The notes under the pieces are model-generated. The model saw only the letters and a program-made list of their open reading frames with translations, was not told the origin of the DNA and searched no databases. The position numbers and the translations under genes are program-made. This document shows positions 45,807 to 55,600 of a stretch of DNA of 64,000 nt, one piece after another. Within the stretch, counting starts at the first letter, position 1; the number at the start of each line of letters is the position of its first letter. Source of the DNA: an uncultured archaeon (GTDB taxonomy: Archaea; Asgardarchaeota; Lokiarchaeia; Sigyniarchaeales; SOKP01); NCBI GenBank assembly GCA_964486045.1, contig CAZALK010000021.1, positions 8,684 to 72,683 on the forward strand, in the 5' to 3' direction.

Positions 45807-47030
45807 ATGAATAAAGTTGCTATCATAGGGGTTGGACATACTAAATTTGGCCGAATAGAAGATAAAGGATTGATAGATTTATTATCTGAAGCATCTTTAG
45901 GTGCGTTAGAAGATTCTAACACTAATGATATAGATTTTGATTCTGTTTTTGTGGGATGTATGGGTTCAGATGCATTTAATCAAATTACTGGGGTTGCTAG
46001 TGCTCTCGTAGATAGAATTAATCTAATTCCCGCTGCCGCAGATCAGATTAAAAATGGCCCTGCAAGTGGTGGCTCAGCTGTTAAGGCAGGTTTTCAAGCA
46101 ATTGCATCGGGAATGAGTGATTTAGTATTAGTCGTGGGAGGTGAAAAAATGACCCATATTAAGACACCTGGGTTTATTACTTCATATGTGGCTACTATTA
46201 CCCATCATCAAGCTGAAAGACGTCATGGAGTTTCAATTCCCTCACTAACAGGAATGTTGATGAGAACTTATATTGAAAGGTATAACGCAAAACTTGATTG
46301 GTTTTCAGACATCGTAATAAAAAATCATAAGAATGGTGCTTCAAATCGGTTTGCTCACTTCCAAAGGACTATCGAAGATTTTATGAAAAATAGCATTCAG
46401 AAAGGAAAAGGAAATTGGGAAAATGTTTATGATTTCTTAACTGATGATAAGGTTAATCCAATAATTGCTGATCCCATAAGACTTTTTAATAGCTGTCCTA
46501 TCTCAGATGGAGCTGCCGCGTTAGTACTATGTAATGCTGATATAGCGAAGAAATATTGTGATACTCCTATATTAATTTCTGGTATTGGTCAAGCAACAGA
46601 TACGCATATCCTTTATGAACGCGATGATATTTTAACGTTAAAAGCTTTGAGAATTTGTTCCGATAAAGCATATCGGATGGCAAAAAAGTCAGCTCAAGAC
46701 ATAGATGTATGTGAAGTACATGATGCGTTTACCATATTAGAAGTCATCCAAAGTGAAGATTTGGGATTTTTCAAAAAGGGTGAAGGTGCTAAGGCTGCGC
46801 ATGAAGGTTTAACGGAAATTGGTGGTAAAATTCCAATCAATCCATCCGGAGGCTTGAAAGCTCGAGGACATCCTTTAGGTGCTACTGGTGTAGCTCAAGT
46901 TGTTGAGTTGGTATGGCAATTGAGAGGAGAAGCGGGTAAGAGACAAGTAGATGGTGCGCAATCAGGAATAACTTGTAATTTCGGAGGATTCGGCAACAAT
47001 ATTATCTCCATACTCGTAGAAAGGCTATAA
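45807..47030 (+). CDS. Thiolase-fold protein (archaeal acetyl-CoA C-acetyltransferase / SCP-x-like thiolase)
   Basis: The ORF runs 45798..47030, with ATG at 45807 (MNKVAIIGVGHTKFG). It has NGPASGGSAV, VGGEKM, CPISDGAAALVL, VCEVHDAFTILE, NPSGGLKARGHPLGATG and CNFGGFG. Its end overlaps the birA end by 6 nt (convergent). Confidence 0.8.
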   Translation: MNKVAIIGVGHTKFGRIEDKGLIDLLSEASLGALEDSNTNDIDFDSVFVGCMGSDAFNQITGVASALVDRINLIPAAADQIKNGPASGGSAVKAGFQAIASGMSDLVLVVGGEKMTHIKTPGFITSYVATITHHQAERRHGVSIPSLTGMLMRTYIERYNAKLDWFSDIVIKNHKNGASNRFAHFQRTIEDFMKNSIQKGKGNWENVYDFLTDDKVNPIIADPIRLFNSCPISDGAAALVLCNADIAKKYCDTPILISGIGQATDTHILYERDDILTLKALRICSDKAYRMAKKSAQDIDVCEVHDAFTILEVIQSEDLGFFKKGEGAKAAHEGLTEIGGKIPINPSGGLKARGHPLGATGVAQVVELVWQLRGEAGKRQVDGAQSGITCNFGGFGNNIISILVERL

Positions 47031-47777
47031 AATTCTTTTTATTCTTGTTAAGTCATCAATCGTTAAATTTAAAGTATTATCACCTTTCCTAAATTGCATT
47101 ACTCCCTCATGATTAATTCCTTTACAAAAATATCTCTTTGAATCATCAAGAATGACTTCCCTTTCATAAATTCTCAAATATTGATTATATTCCTGGATTA
47201 ATTGTTGAGTTTCTTTTTCATTGTGTTCCGTAATTGGTGAAAAGTAGTGCTTTACGCGAGAACGTATCTGTTGAGCAAATTGATCTAACGAAACTTCTTT
47301 TTTTATTATGTCTTTGATGGATATTGTAATCGATTTTAGATTATTTGGCATCGCATTACTTGAGTTATTTAAATTTACTCCCATTCCAATCAAAAGATAA
47401 TTTCTTCGAGGACTTACAATATAATCAATTAGGATTCCTGCAAGTTTTTTATTTTCATACAATAAATCATTTGGCCACTTAATTTGAACTACTAAATTAT
47501 ATTCCTCTTTAATAACTCGTGTTAGCATGATAGCAGTAAAATAATGAAATAGAGCTAATTGTGATTTATTTAAATCTAATGAAATAGAAATTCCAAGAGT
47601 TGCCCAAAATCCCCCCTCCGGGGAAACCCAATCATCTTCTCTCCTTCCACGCCCTTTAGTTTGGATTTTAGCAATTAATAATATTGATGGGTAATAATCA
47701 TTTTTTAGGTATTCAACTACAGCATCTTGGGTAGAGCTTGTTTTATCAATGTGAATAATCTTTATTTTAGAAAGCAT
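47025..47777 (-). CDS. birA: Biotin-[acetyl-CoA-carboxylase] ligase, no N-terminal HTH (group I)
   Basis: 250-aa ORF. It has TSSTQD, the biotin/ATP loop TKGRGRREDDWVSPEGG, and IKWPNDLLYENKKLAGIL. Confidence 0.8.
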   Translation of the reverse strand: MLSKIKIIHIDKTSSTQDAVVEYLKNDYYPSILLIAKIQTKGRGRREDDWVSPEGGFWATLGISISLDLNKSQLALFHYFTAIMLTRVIKEEYNLVVQIKWPNDLLYENKKLAGILIDYIVSPRRNYLLIGMGVNLNNSSNAMPNNLKSITISIKDIIKKEVSLDQFAQQIRSRVKHYFSPITEHNEKETQQLIQEYNQYLRIYEREVILDDSKRYFCKGINHEGVMQFRKGDNTLNLTIDDLTRIKRIL

Positions 47778-48100
47778 TTCAAATCGAATTTATTGTACAA
47801 GTTATTAATTAATTAGCTAGTTATTATTGAAAAGTGTATCCATTTAAATATCTTTAACTTTCAAATCTCAACATCATAAACATTTTTGCTTAAACTTGAA
47901 ACTCCCTTATTCTACAATATTTTTTTTTATTTTTTTCCAAACGATTATCTCGGTCATTGAACTTAATAAAAATCCGAGGAAATTTTAATAAAGCCATGTA
48001 AAATTTAATACTTTTGATAGTGTGTTATCATGTAAAAATTTTATAAATTAATCTTTGATAAAAATAATAATTTGTTTAATTAAATAGTTGAAGAATTAAG

Positions 48101-49672
48101 ATGATTCTAAAAGATAACGAGTCAAAAGACAACTTCAAAATTACTGAAAAACTGCAAGAGTTGAGAGAAGAATCCCGAATTGGAGGCGGAAAAGAACGTA
48201 TTGATACTCAACATAAGAAAGGTAAGCTAACAGCTCGAGAAAGGATTGAATTGTTAGTAGACTATGAGTCATTTATCGAAATTGGCTCGTTGGTTAAGCA
48301 TCGCTCCTACAAATTTGGATTAGAGAATAAAAGATTTCTTGGAGATGGAGTTGTCACTGGTTATGGAACAATAAATGGCCGAAAAGTGTTCATTTATAGC
48401 CAAGATTTTACAGTACTTGGTGGAACTATTGGAAAAGCTCATGCTCAAAAAATATGCAAAATTATGGATTTAGCATTAAAAATGGGATGTCCTGTGATCG
48501 GTCTAATAGATTCGGGAGGTGCTCGGATCCAAGAAGGCGTTGATGCATTAGATGGATTAGGAGATATATTTTATCGAAATGTACAGGCATCAGGAATTAT
48601 TCCTCAAATATCTGTAGTTTTAGGTACTTCTGCTGGAGGAGCTGCCTATAGTCCAGCATTAACCGATTTTCTTATTATGGGTGGAAAAAACGCCTTTATG
48701 TTTATCACAGGACCTCAAGTGGTTAAATCAGTAACGGGAGAAGATGTGTCATTTTTGGGATTAGGAGGCCCTGAAATTCACTCAACAATTTCTGGTGTTT
48801 GTCACAGAGTTGCGGATACTGAAGAAGAAGCACTAGAACTCGTTAGGAAATTATTAACTTACTTGCCATCAAATAATTTAGATGATCCCCCGTCCCCTTT
48901 AGAAAAATTTAATGCAATGGATCCTTATCTATTAAATAAAGTTGTGCCCGAAAGTGAAAATGAACCGTATGATATGGAAACATTAATTAATTTAGTTGTT
49001 GATCAAGAATCATTCTTCGAAATTTTCCCTAATTGGGCTAAAAATATCGTTATTGGGTTTGGAAGGATAGAGAATCAAACAGTGGGTATTATTGCTAACC
49101 AACCGCTATATCTAAGTGGTGCAATTGATTATAATGCATCTGATAAAGCCGCTAGGTTTATTCGATTTTGTGATTCATTCAATATTCCTCTAATAACACT
49201 TGTTGATGTTCCGGGATTTATACCAGGGATAAAACAAGAAAATTCAGGAATTATCAGACACGGCGCCAAATTAATTTATGCTTATTCTGAGGCAACTGTA
49301 GTAAAAATTACGGTAATTATCCGTAAAGCTTATGGAGGAGCATATATTGTAATGAACTCAAAACAGTTAGGTTCAGATATCAATTTAGCTTGGAATTCTG
49401 CTCAAATTGCTGTTATGGGTGCAGAAGGAGCTTGCAAAATTCTTTTTCGAAATCATTTAAAGGAGACAGAAGATCCTGATAAAATGTTAAAAGAATTCAC
49501 AGAAGAATACAGGAAAGAATTTTCTAATCCATATCATGTAGCTGAAAAGGGACAAATAGACAAAGTAATTTTTCCACATGAGACTCGTCTTGAAATCGTT
49601 AAAAGCTTGAAATTTTTTGAAACAAAACGTGATCAGTCTCCTAAGCGAAAACACGGGATTTCTCCTGTTTAA
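48101..49672 (+). CDS. Acyl-CoA carboxylase carboxyltransferase subunit (PccB/AccD-like, fused N- and C-CT halves)
   Basis: 523-aa ORF. It has GGGKERIDTQHKKGKLTARERI, GDGVVTGYGTINGRKVFIYSQDFTVLGGT, DSGGARIQEG, GTSAGGAAYSPALTDF, GRIENQTVGIIANQP, PLITLVDVPGF and RKAYGGAYIVM. Confidence 0.85.
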   Translation: MILKDNESKDNFKITEKLQELREESRIGGGKERIDTQHKKGKLTARERIELLVDYESFIEIGSLVKHRSYKFGLENKRFLGDGVVTGYGTINGRKVFIYSQDFTVLGGTIGKAHAQKICKIMDLALKMGCPVIGLIDSGGARIQEGVDALDGLGDIFYRNVQASGIIPQISVVLGTSAGGAAYSPALTDFLIMGGKNAFMFITGPQVVKSVTGEDVSFLGLGGPEIHSTISGVCHRVADTEEEALELVRKLLTYLPSNNLDDPPSPLEKFNAMDPYLLNKVVPESENEPYDMETLINLVVDQESFFEIFPNWAKNIVIGFGRIENQTVGIIANQPLYLSGAIDYNASDKAARFIRFCDSFNIPLITLVDVPGFIPGIKQENSGIIRHGAKLIYAYSEATVVKITVIIRKAYGGAYIVMNSKQLGSDINLAWNSAQIAVMGAEGACKILFRNHLKETEDPDKMLKEFTEEYRKEFSNPYHVAEKGQIDKVIFPHETRLEIVKSLKFFETKRDQSPKRKHGISPV

Positions 49673-49693
49673 TATTTATAATTGTTGATTTTT

Positions 49694-52600
49694 ATGAAGA
49701 AGAGAAAAGATGTTTTAGATATTTTAGGCAAGGGAAGGATTCCCATATGGGGTTATTCGCCAAAGGGTATAACTGATCCTGCACTTTCAATTGAAATTTG
49801 CCGAATGGGAGGTGTTGGTTTAGTTGATCTTGAAGGATTGAACATAAATCAATGCCAAACACTTCTTAATAAGTGTTTTACGTTAATGTCTTCTGATCAT
49901 TTATGGGGAATTAGAGTATCTACCAATGAAATTCTTAATTATCTTGAATTTCAAGATGTGGTCCCAATTATTATCTGTGCGTTTTCACCAGATTCAAAAG
50001 ATATTGCAAAGTTGAAAAAAACCTCAAATTTACTCCTTTCTGAAGTTTCTTATTTAGAAGAAGCTTATAAAAATGCAGATTGGGCTGAATTATTTCTTGT
50101 AAAAGGAAGTGAAGCAGGGGGAATGGTTGGTGTAAAAAATAGCTTTATTCTTATTCAAGAATTTTTTAAAGCTGGACTCTCTTTTGTAATCCAAGGGGGA
50201 TTTGGAGTATTCAATATCTCCTCAGCCTTTATTGGTGGTGCTTTAGGTGTAGTTGTAGAAAGCCAGCTATTTCTTCTTCCTGAATGTCCGCTAAGTCCTG
50301 AATTTAAAGATTATATCAAGACCATTGAAGAGACCGATTTTTACATTTTTAAAGAAACATCACGGTTTAATTACCGTTTAATTGGAAAGTTAGCTAATAA
50401 ATCTATTCGCTCATTAAAAGAAATTGAAAAAAAAGAATTTTCAAAACTCAATGAAGAATTCCATGCAGAACTTGGTAACCTAAAAGAGAAGCTTAAAACG
50501 AAAATAAATGAACTCGCAAATAATCAGAAAATTTATTCTGATCTTGAACCAAAACATTCTTGGCTACCTAGCGACCAAGGTATTACTTTTGCGAAATTTA
50601 TTCTCGATTCGTTCAATAATTTAGAAAATTTTTTACAGAGTATACCAAAGATAATTCAGAAACAGTTAGAAAGTGTTAAGGAACGGTGGCCGTTTGCGAA
50701 AAATTCTGATTTTGCCAAGAATTTTAATATCATTTATCCTGTTATTCAAGGTCCGATGGCGAATGTTTCTGATCACATTGCTTTTGCTACAAAAATTGCT
50801 GAAAATGGGGCACTTCCAATATTCGCTCTCGGTGGTTTACTGGAAAATGAAGCTTCTGCTTTATTGAGTGAAGCTAAATCGAGTAAATTATCTGAGACCT
50901 CATATGGATCAGGGATCATTGGCCTAGAGGCAGTTAAAGCTCGTAGGGAGGAGCATCTTAAGTTAATTTCTAAATTTGGCCCTAAAATCACACTAGTCGC
51001 GGCTGGATCCGTCGATTTAGGTTTACGAGTCAAAAATCTTGGAAATACCGTATTAATTCATACACCCGCTTTATCAATGTTCAAGGATGCCTTAAAAAAA
51101 CACCTTGATTTTATGATTTTAGAAGGGAGTGAGTGTGGAGGTCATTTTGGGATTCTTTCTTCTTTTATTTTATGGGAATGTATTTTGGAATATTTATATA
51201 TAAGCAAGCAAGAGAGAAAAGAAAAAGTCAATCTTATTTTCGCCGGTGGTATCATAAATGATATAAGCACCGCGATGCTTGCTGGCATGATTGGAGAGCA
51301 CCTTGATATTATTAACCCTGGAATTCAAATGGGTACTGCTTATTTATTGAGTGAAGAGATTGTTAACACTCAAGCATTATCACCAGTTTATCAAGCACTA
51401 TTATTGAATAATTCATGTACAACCGTAATTGGAACGAGCGTAAATACTCGTGCAAGAGTAATCCCTTCAGAATTTGCGTTTAATACTATAAAAAATGAAA
51501 ATTTACGGAAAACTCAAGGGATTTCTATTTCAGAACGAAAGGAAATGTTCGAAAAAGATAATTTAGGAGCATTAAGAATTGCTACAAAAGCAGAAATTTG
51601 GAATGAAAATCACATTGAAGGAAGTGGTACTACGCAATTTATTCCTACATCTAATAAAAGACAATTAACTGATGGGGCTTTTATGACAGGTGAATCAATT
51701 GCACTACAAAAAACATTAAGAAGCATATCTCAAATTCATTACGATGTCATAGAGGGAGGTAGAAAATCCTTTAATATAAAGGTATCTCAACTTTTTAATG
51801 AAATCTTGGAATACAAACCAAAGAAAAGTGAAAAAAAAATGGGAAGTGGTGTATCTTTTGGAAAAAAAGTTGCTATTATTGGGTTAGGTGGGATTTTTCC
51901 GGATGCTGAAAACATTCCAAAATTCTGGGAAAATATCAAAAATAAAAAATACTCAATTATAGAAGTTCCAAATGAAAGGTGGGATCCTGAAATATTCTAT
52001 AATAAAGATCACTCCGTCCCCGAAAAAACCTACACAAAAATCGGTGGATTTATCAAAAACTTTGAATTCAAGTCAATTAAATATCGCATCCCTCCAAAAA
52101 TGGCAGAAAGGATGGATTTAGTCCAAAAATTGGCTGTTAAAACTGCAGAAGAAGCACTTATCGATGCGGGGTATCCTACTAATGCGAAACAACGGTTACC
52201 TATTGCAACTATAGTTGGTAACTCCTCTGGAGGAGATGCTCAACGTCTCAGTAATAAACGCATAATTTTTAGTGAGATTAAATACAGAATTAACGAAGCT
52301 AGTTCTCAAAAGATTCTAAACCAAGATCAAAAAAATAATCTTCTAAACTTCCTTGAAGAGAAAATTGTAAAACAAATTCCAACGATTAATGAAGATTCCA
52401 TGCCCGGTGAATTATCAAATATTATTGCAGGCAGAGTAGCAAATGTATTTAATCTAACAGGCAAGAGTATGTCAATAGACGCTGCTTGTGCTTCAAGTTT
52501 AGCTGCTATCGATACTGCTATTAATGGGTTACTTGTGAAGGATTATGACGCTGTTTTAGTAGGTGGTTCAGATAGTTCAATGGATCCACAGACTTTCATA

Positions 52601-55600
52601 AAATTCTGTAAAATTGGGGCTTTATCTGAAAACGGTTCTTATCCTTTTGATGCTCGTGCAGATGGATTTATTATGGGGGAAGGAGCAGGATTTATGGTTT
52701 TAAGACTACTTGAGGATGCTATACGAGATAAAAATAAGATTTATGCTATCATTAGTGGATATGGAGGTTCTTCTGATGGAAAAGGAAAGGGAATTACAGC
52801 TCCAAACCCTGATGGACAAAGGTTAGCTATTGAGCGAGCTTTAAATGATAGTAATACCAAACCATCAGAGATTCAATATCTTGAATGTCATGGAACTTCT
52901 ACAATCGTTGGAGATGCTACTGAATTGAACGTACTAAAACAATTTTTCTCTGGCAGAGATATGAATCAAAAATTAGCGATTGGGTCAATAAAAAGTCAAA
53001 TTGGGCATCTCAAAAGTGCATCCGGTATCGCAGGTATCATCAAGAGTGTACTAGCATTACACCATAAGATAATTCCCCCTTCAGTAAATTATGTTACTCC
53101 TAACCCTTCAATAGATTGGGAGACAAGCCCATATTATGTTAATACTGAACCTATTAGTTGGATATCCCCTGAAGATAACATAAGAAGAGCAGGGGTATCT
53201 TCATTTGGATTTGGCGGAACTAATTATCATGTTATTCTTGAAGAATTTATTCCTCAATTATATGATGCAACTCCTTTTGCTAGTCAAAAAGATCCAATTC
53301 CCGATAATTTACTCGATTCTATTCCTTCTACTATTGCGGTTTCTCCAGAGCTTTGCTTTTTATTCAGCGGTCAAGGAAGCCAATATGTAGGAATGGCTAA
53401 AGAGTTATATCAAAAATATCAAATTATAAAGAATACACTTGACAATGCTAATGAAATATGCAAAAATTTTGGTGGATTCGATTTACTTGAAATAATATTC
53501 GGATCTCCAGAAATAACTGAAGAGGAAAGCTCAAACAAATTACGCCAAACTCAATATACTCAACCTGCTATTTATTCAGTTGAGATGGCGTTATATAACC
53601 TTTTTTATTCAAAAGGAATTATCCCGGGGTTAGTCGGAGGTCATAGTCTTGGAGAATTTGCAGCATTGGTTACTGCTGGTGTATTAAATTTTGAGGATGG
53701 TTTGAAAGTAGTAATAACTCGAGGAAAAGCTATGGCGGAATTACCCCCTGGAGTTGAATGTACTATGGCTGCTATCTTTGCATCTTCAGAAATTGTTGAA
53801 AAAACATTAAAGGAACTATCTGTAGAAAATGTTTCAATTTCTAATTATAATTCAACTTCACAAATAGTTATAGCAGGTGAAGTCTCTGAAATTGAGTCCG
53901 CAGTGAGTACTTTCTCAGAAAAAGGGATCCGGGCTATAAAATTAAACGTTTCAAATGCGTTTCACTCTAAATATGTTGCTCATGCTGAGGAAAAGTTGAA
54001 ATCATTTCTTAAATCAATCAAGTTTAACACCCCCAGAATTCCAGTATTTAGTAATGTTACTGGGAAAATCTACCCGGAAGATCCTGAAAAAATTAAATCA
54101 ATTCTTCTTAAACAAATTACATCTCCTGTAAGGTGGGTTGATGAAACTTTAAATATTTATCACCATGGGGGCAGAAAATTTCTGGAAATAGGACCGAAAA
54201 AAGCTCTGTTCTTCTTTACTAAAGATATTTTAAAGAAACATAAAAATATTGAAGTAAATTATACACTTTCACCAAAAGCTCCCGAAGGAGAACACATTCA
54301 GAAAATCCTTGAGCAGTTTAAGACTCTTGCACCAAAAAAATCCGTTGAACCTGTTAAGACTGCATTACAATCTCAACAAGTTTCTAAGTCAAGTTTAACT
54401 CCAACTTCTACTAGAGTTCCTACAACCCAATTTATTCCTAGATCTAATGATGAAATAAATAAAATAAGACAATTACCTTTCTTTAATGAATTTTTGGAAG
54501 AGCAAAAAGAATTATTATCTTCAGTTCTAATTCAAGGATTTCAAAGCTATATGAAGAAATATCAATCTTCTTTTAAACAACCGTCCACTTTAGATGGACC
54601 CAAATTCAATGCTGATCCTATTATGATAACTGGAGTAGGATTGGGACTTCCTGGAAAAAATCGGAATGTTTTTGATGATCAAAATATTGATGATATTCTC
54701 CACGGAATAAATTTAATTGAACCAGTAGGGAAAGAATTTGAAACTCAATTACTCCAACAGAATATCATTCGGTTAGAAAAATCACCAAATGGGAATGCTA
54801 CATTTCAACCTGTAGATGAATTATCTAAAGTTATACACCTTGCAGGGCAATTGGGAAAATTTAATCCCACCGATGATTATCAATTTGATGCTAAAATGCT
54901 AAATGCTTTAGATATTACTTATCAACTCGCAATTTGTGCTGGATATGATGCGTTAAAGGATGCGGGTATTCCTTTAGTGCGAACTAGAATTAAAACGTCT
55001 ACGGGTAAGATTTTACCTGGTGATTGGGTATTACCCGAAGATATTCAAGATGAGACAGGAATTGTCTTTGCATCCGCATTTCCGGGATTGGACAATTTCA
55101 CAGATGAGTTATCATCCAAATCTGATGGTGACGCTTCGGAGAGGGATAATAATTTTAACCGTGCATTTTTGTTTCGAGTATTATCAATGGGTCATTCTCA
55201 GTTTGCCCAATTAATAAAAGCAAAGGGCCCAAACACAGCCGTTAATGCAGCTTGTGCCTCTACACCTCAAGCTATAGGGGTTGCAGAAGATTGGATACGA
55301 ACAGGCAGATGTAAAAGGGTAATTGTAATTTCTGCTGATAATGTTACAAGCAAAAATCTTTTTCAATGGATTGGCGCTGGATTTCTAACAAGTGGGGCAG
55401 CAACAACACAATCTCGATGGGAAGATGCAGTTCTCCCATTTGGTAAAGGGAGAAATGGGATCATAATAGGTGCTGGAGCAGGTGCATTTGTTATTGAACA
55501 AGAGTCTGAAGCTAAAGCCCGAGGCGTAAAACCAATAGTAGAAATCCTTGGAACTTCTTTTGTAAATAGCGCATATCATGGAACTCGACTGGATAAAGCC

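Noticed and set aside
47778-48100. A T-rich tract (about 47925..47945) in the birA / carboxyltransferase divergent intergenic region, considered as a terminator.
   Set aside because: No gene ends next to it on either strand. It more likely belongs to the AT-rich divergent promoter region.
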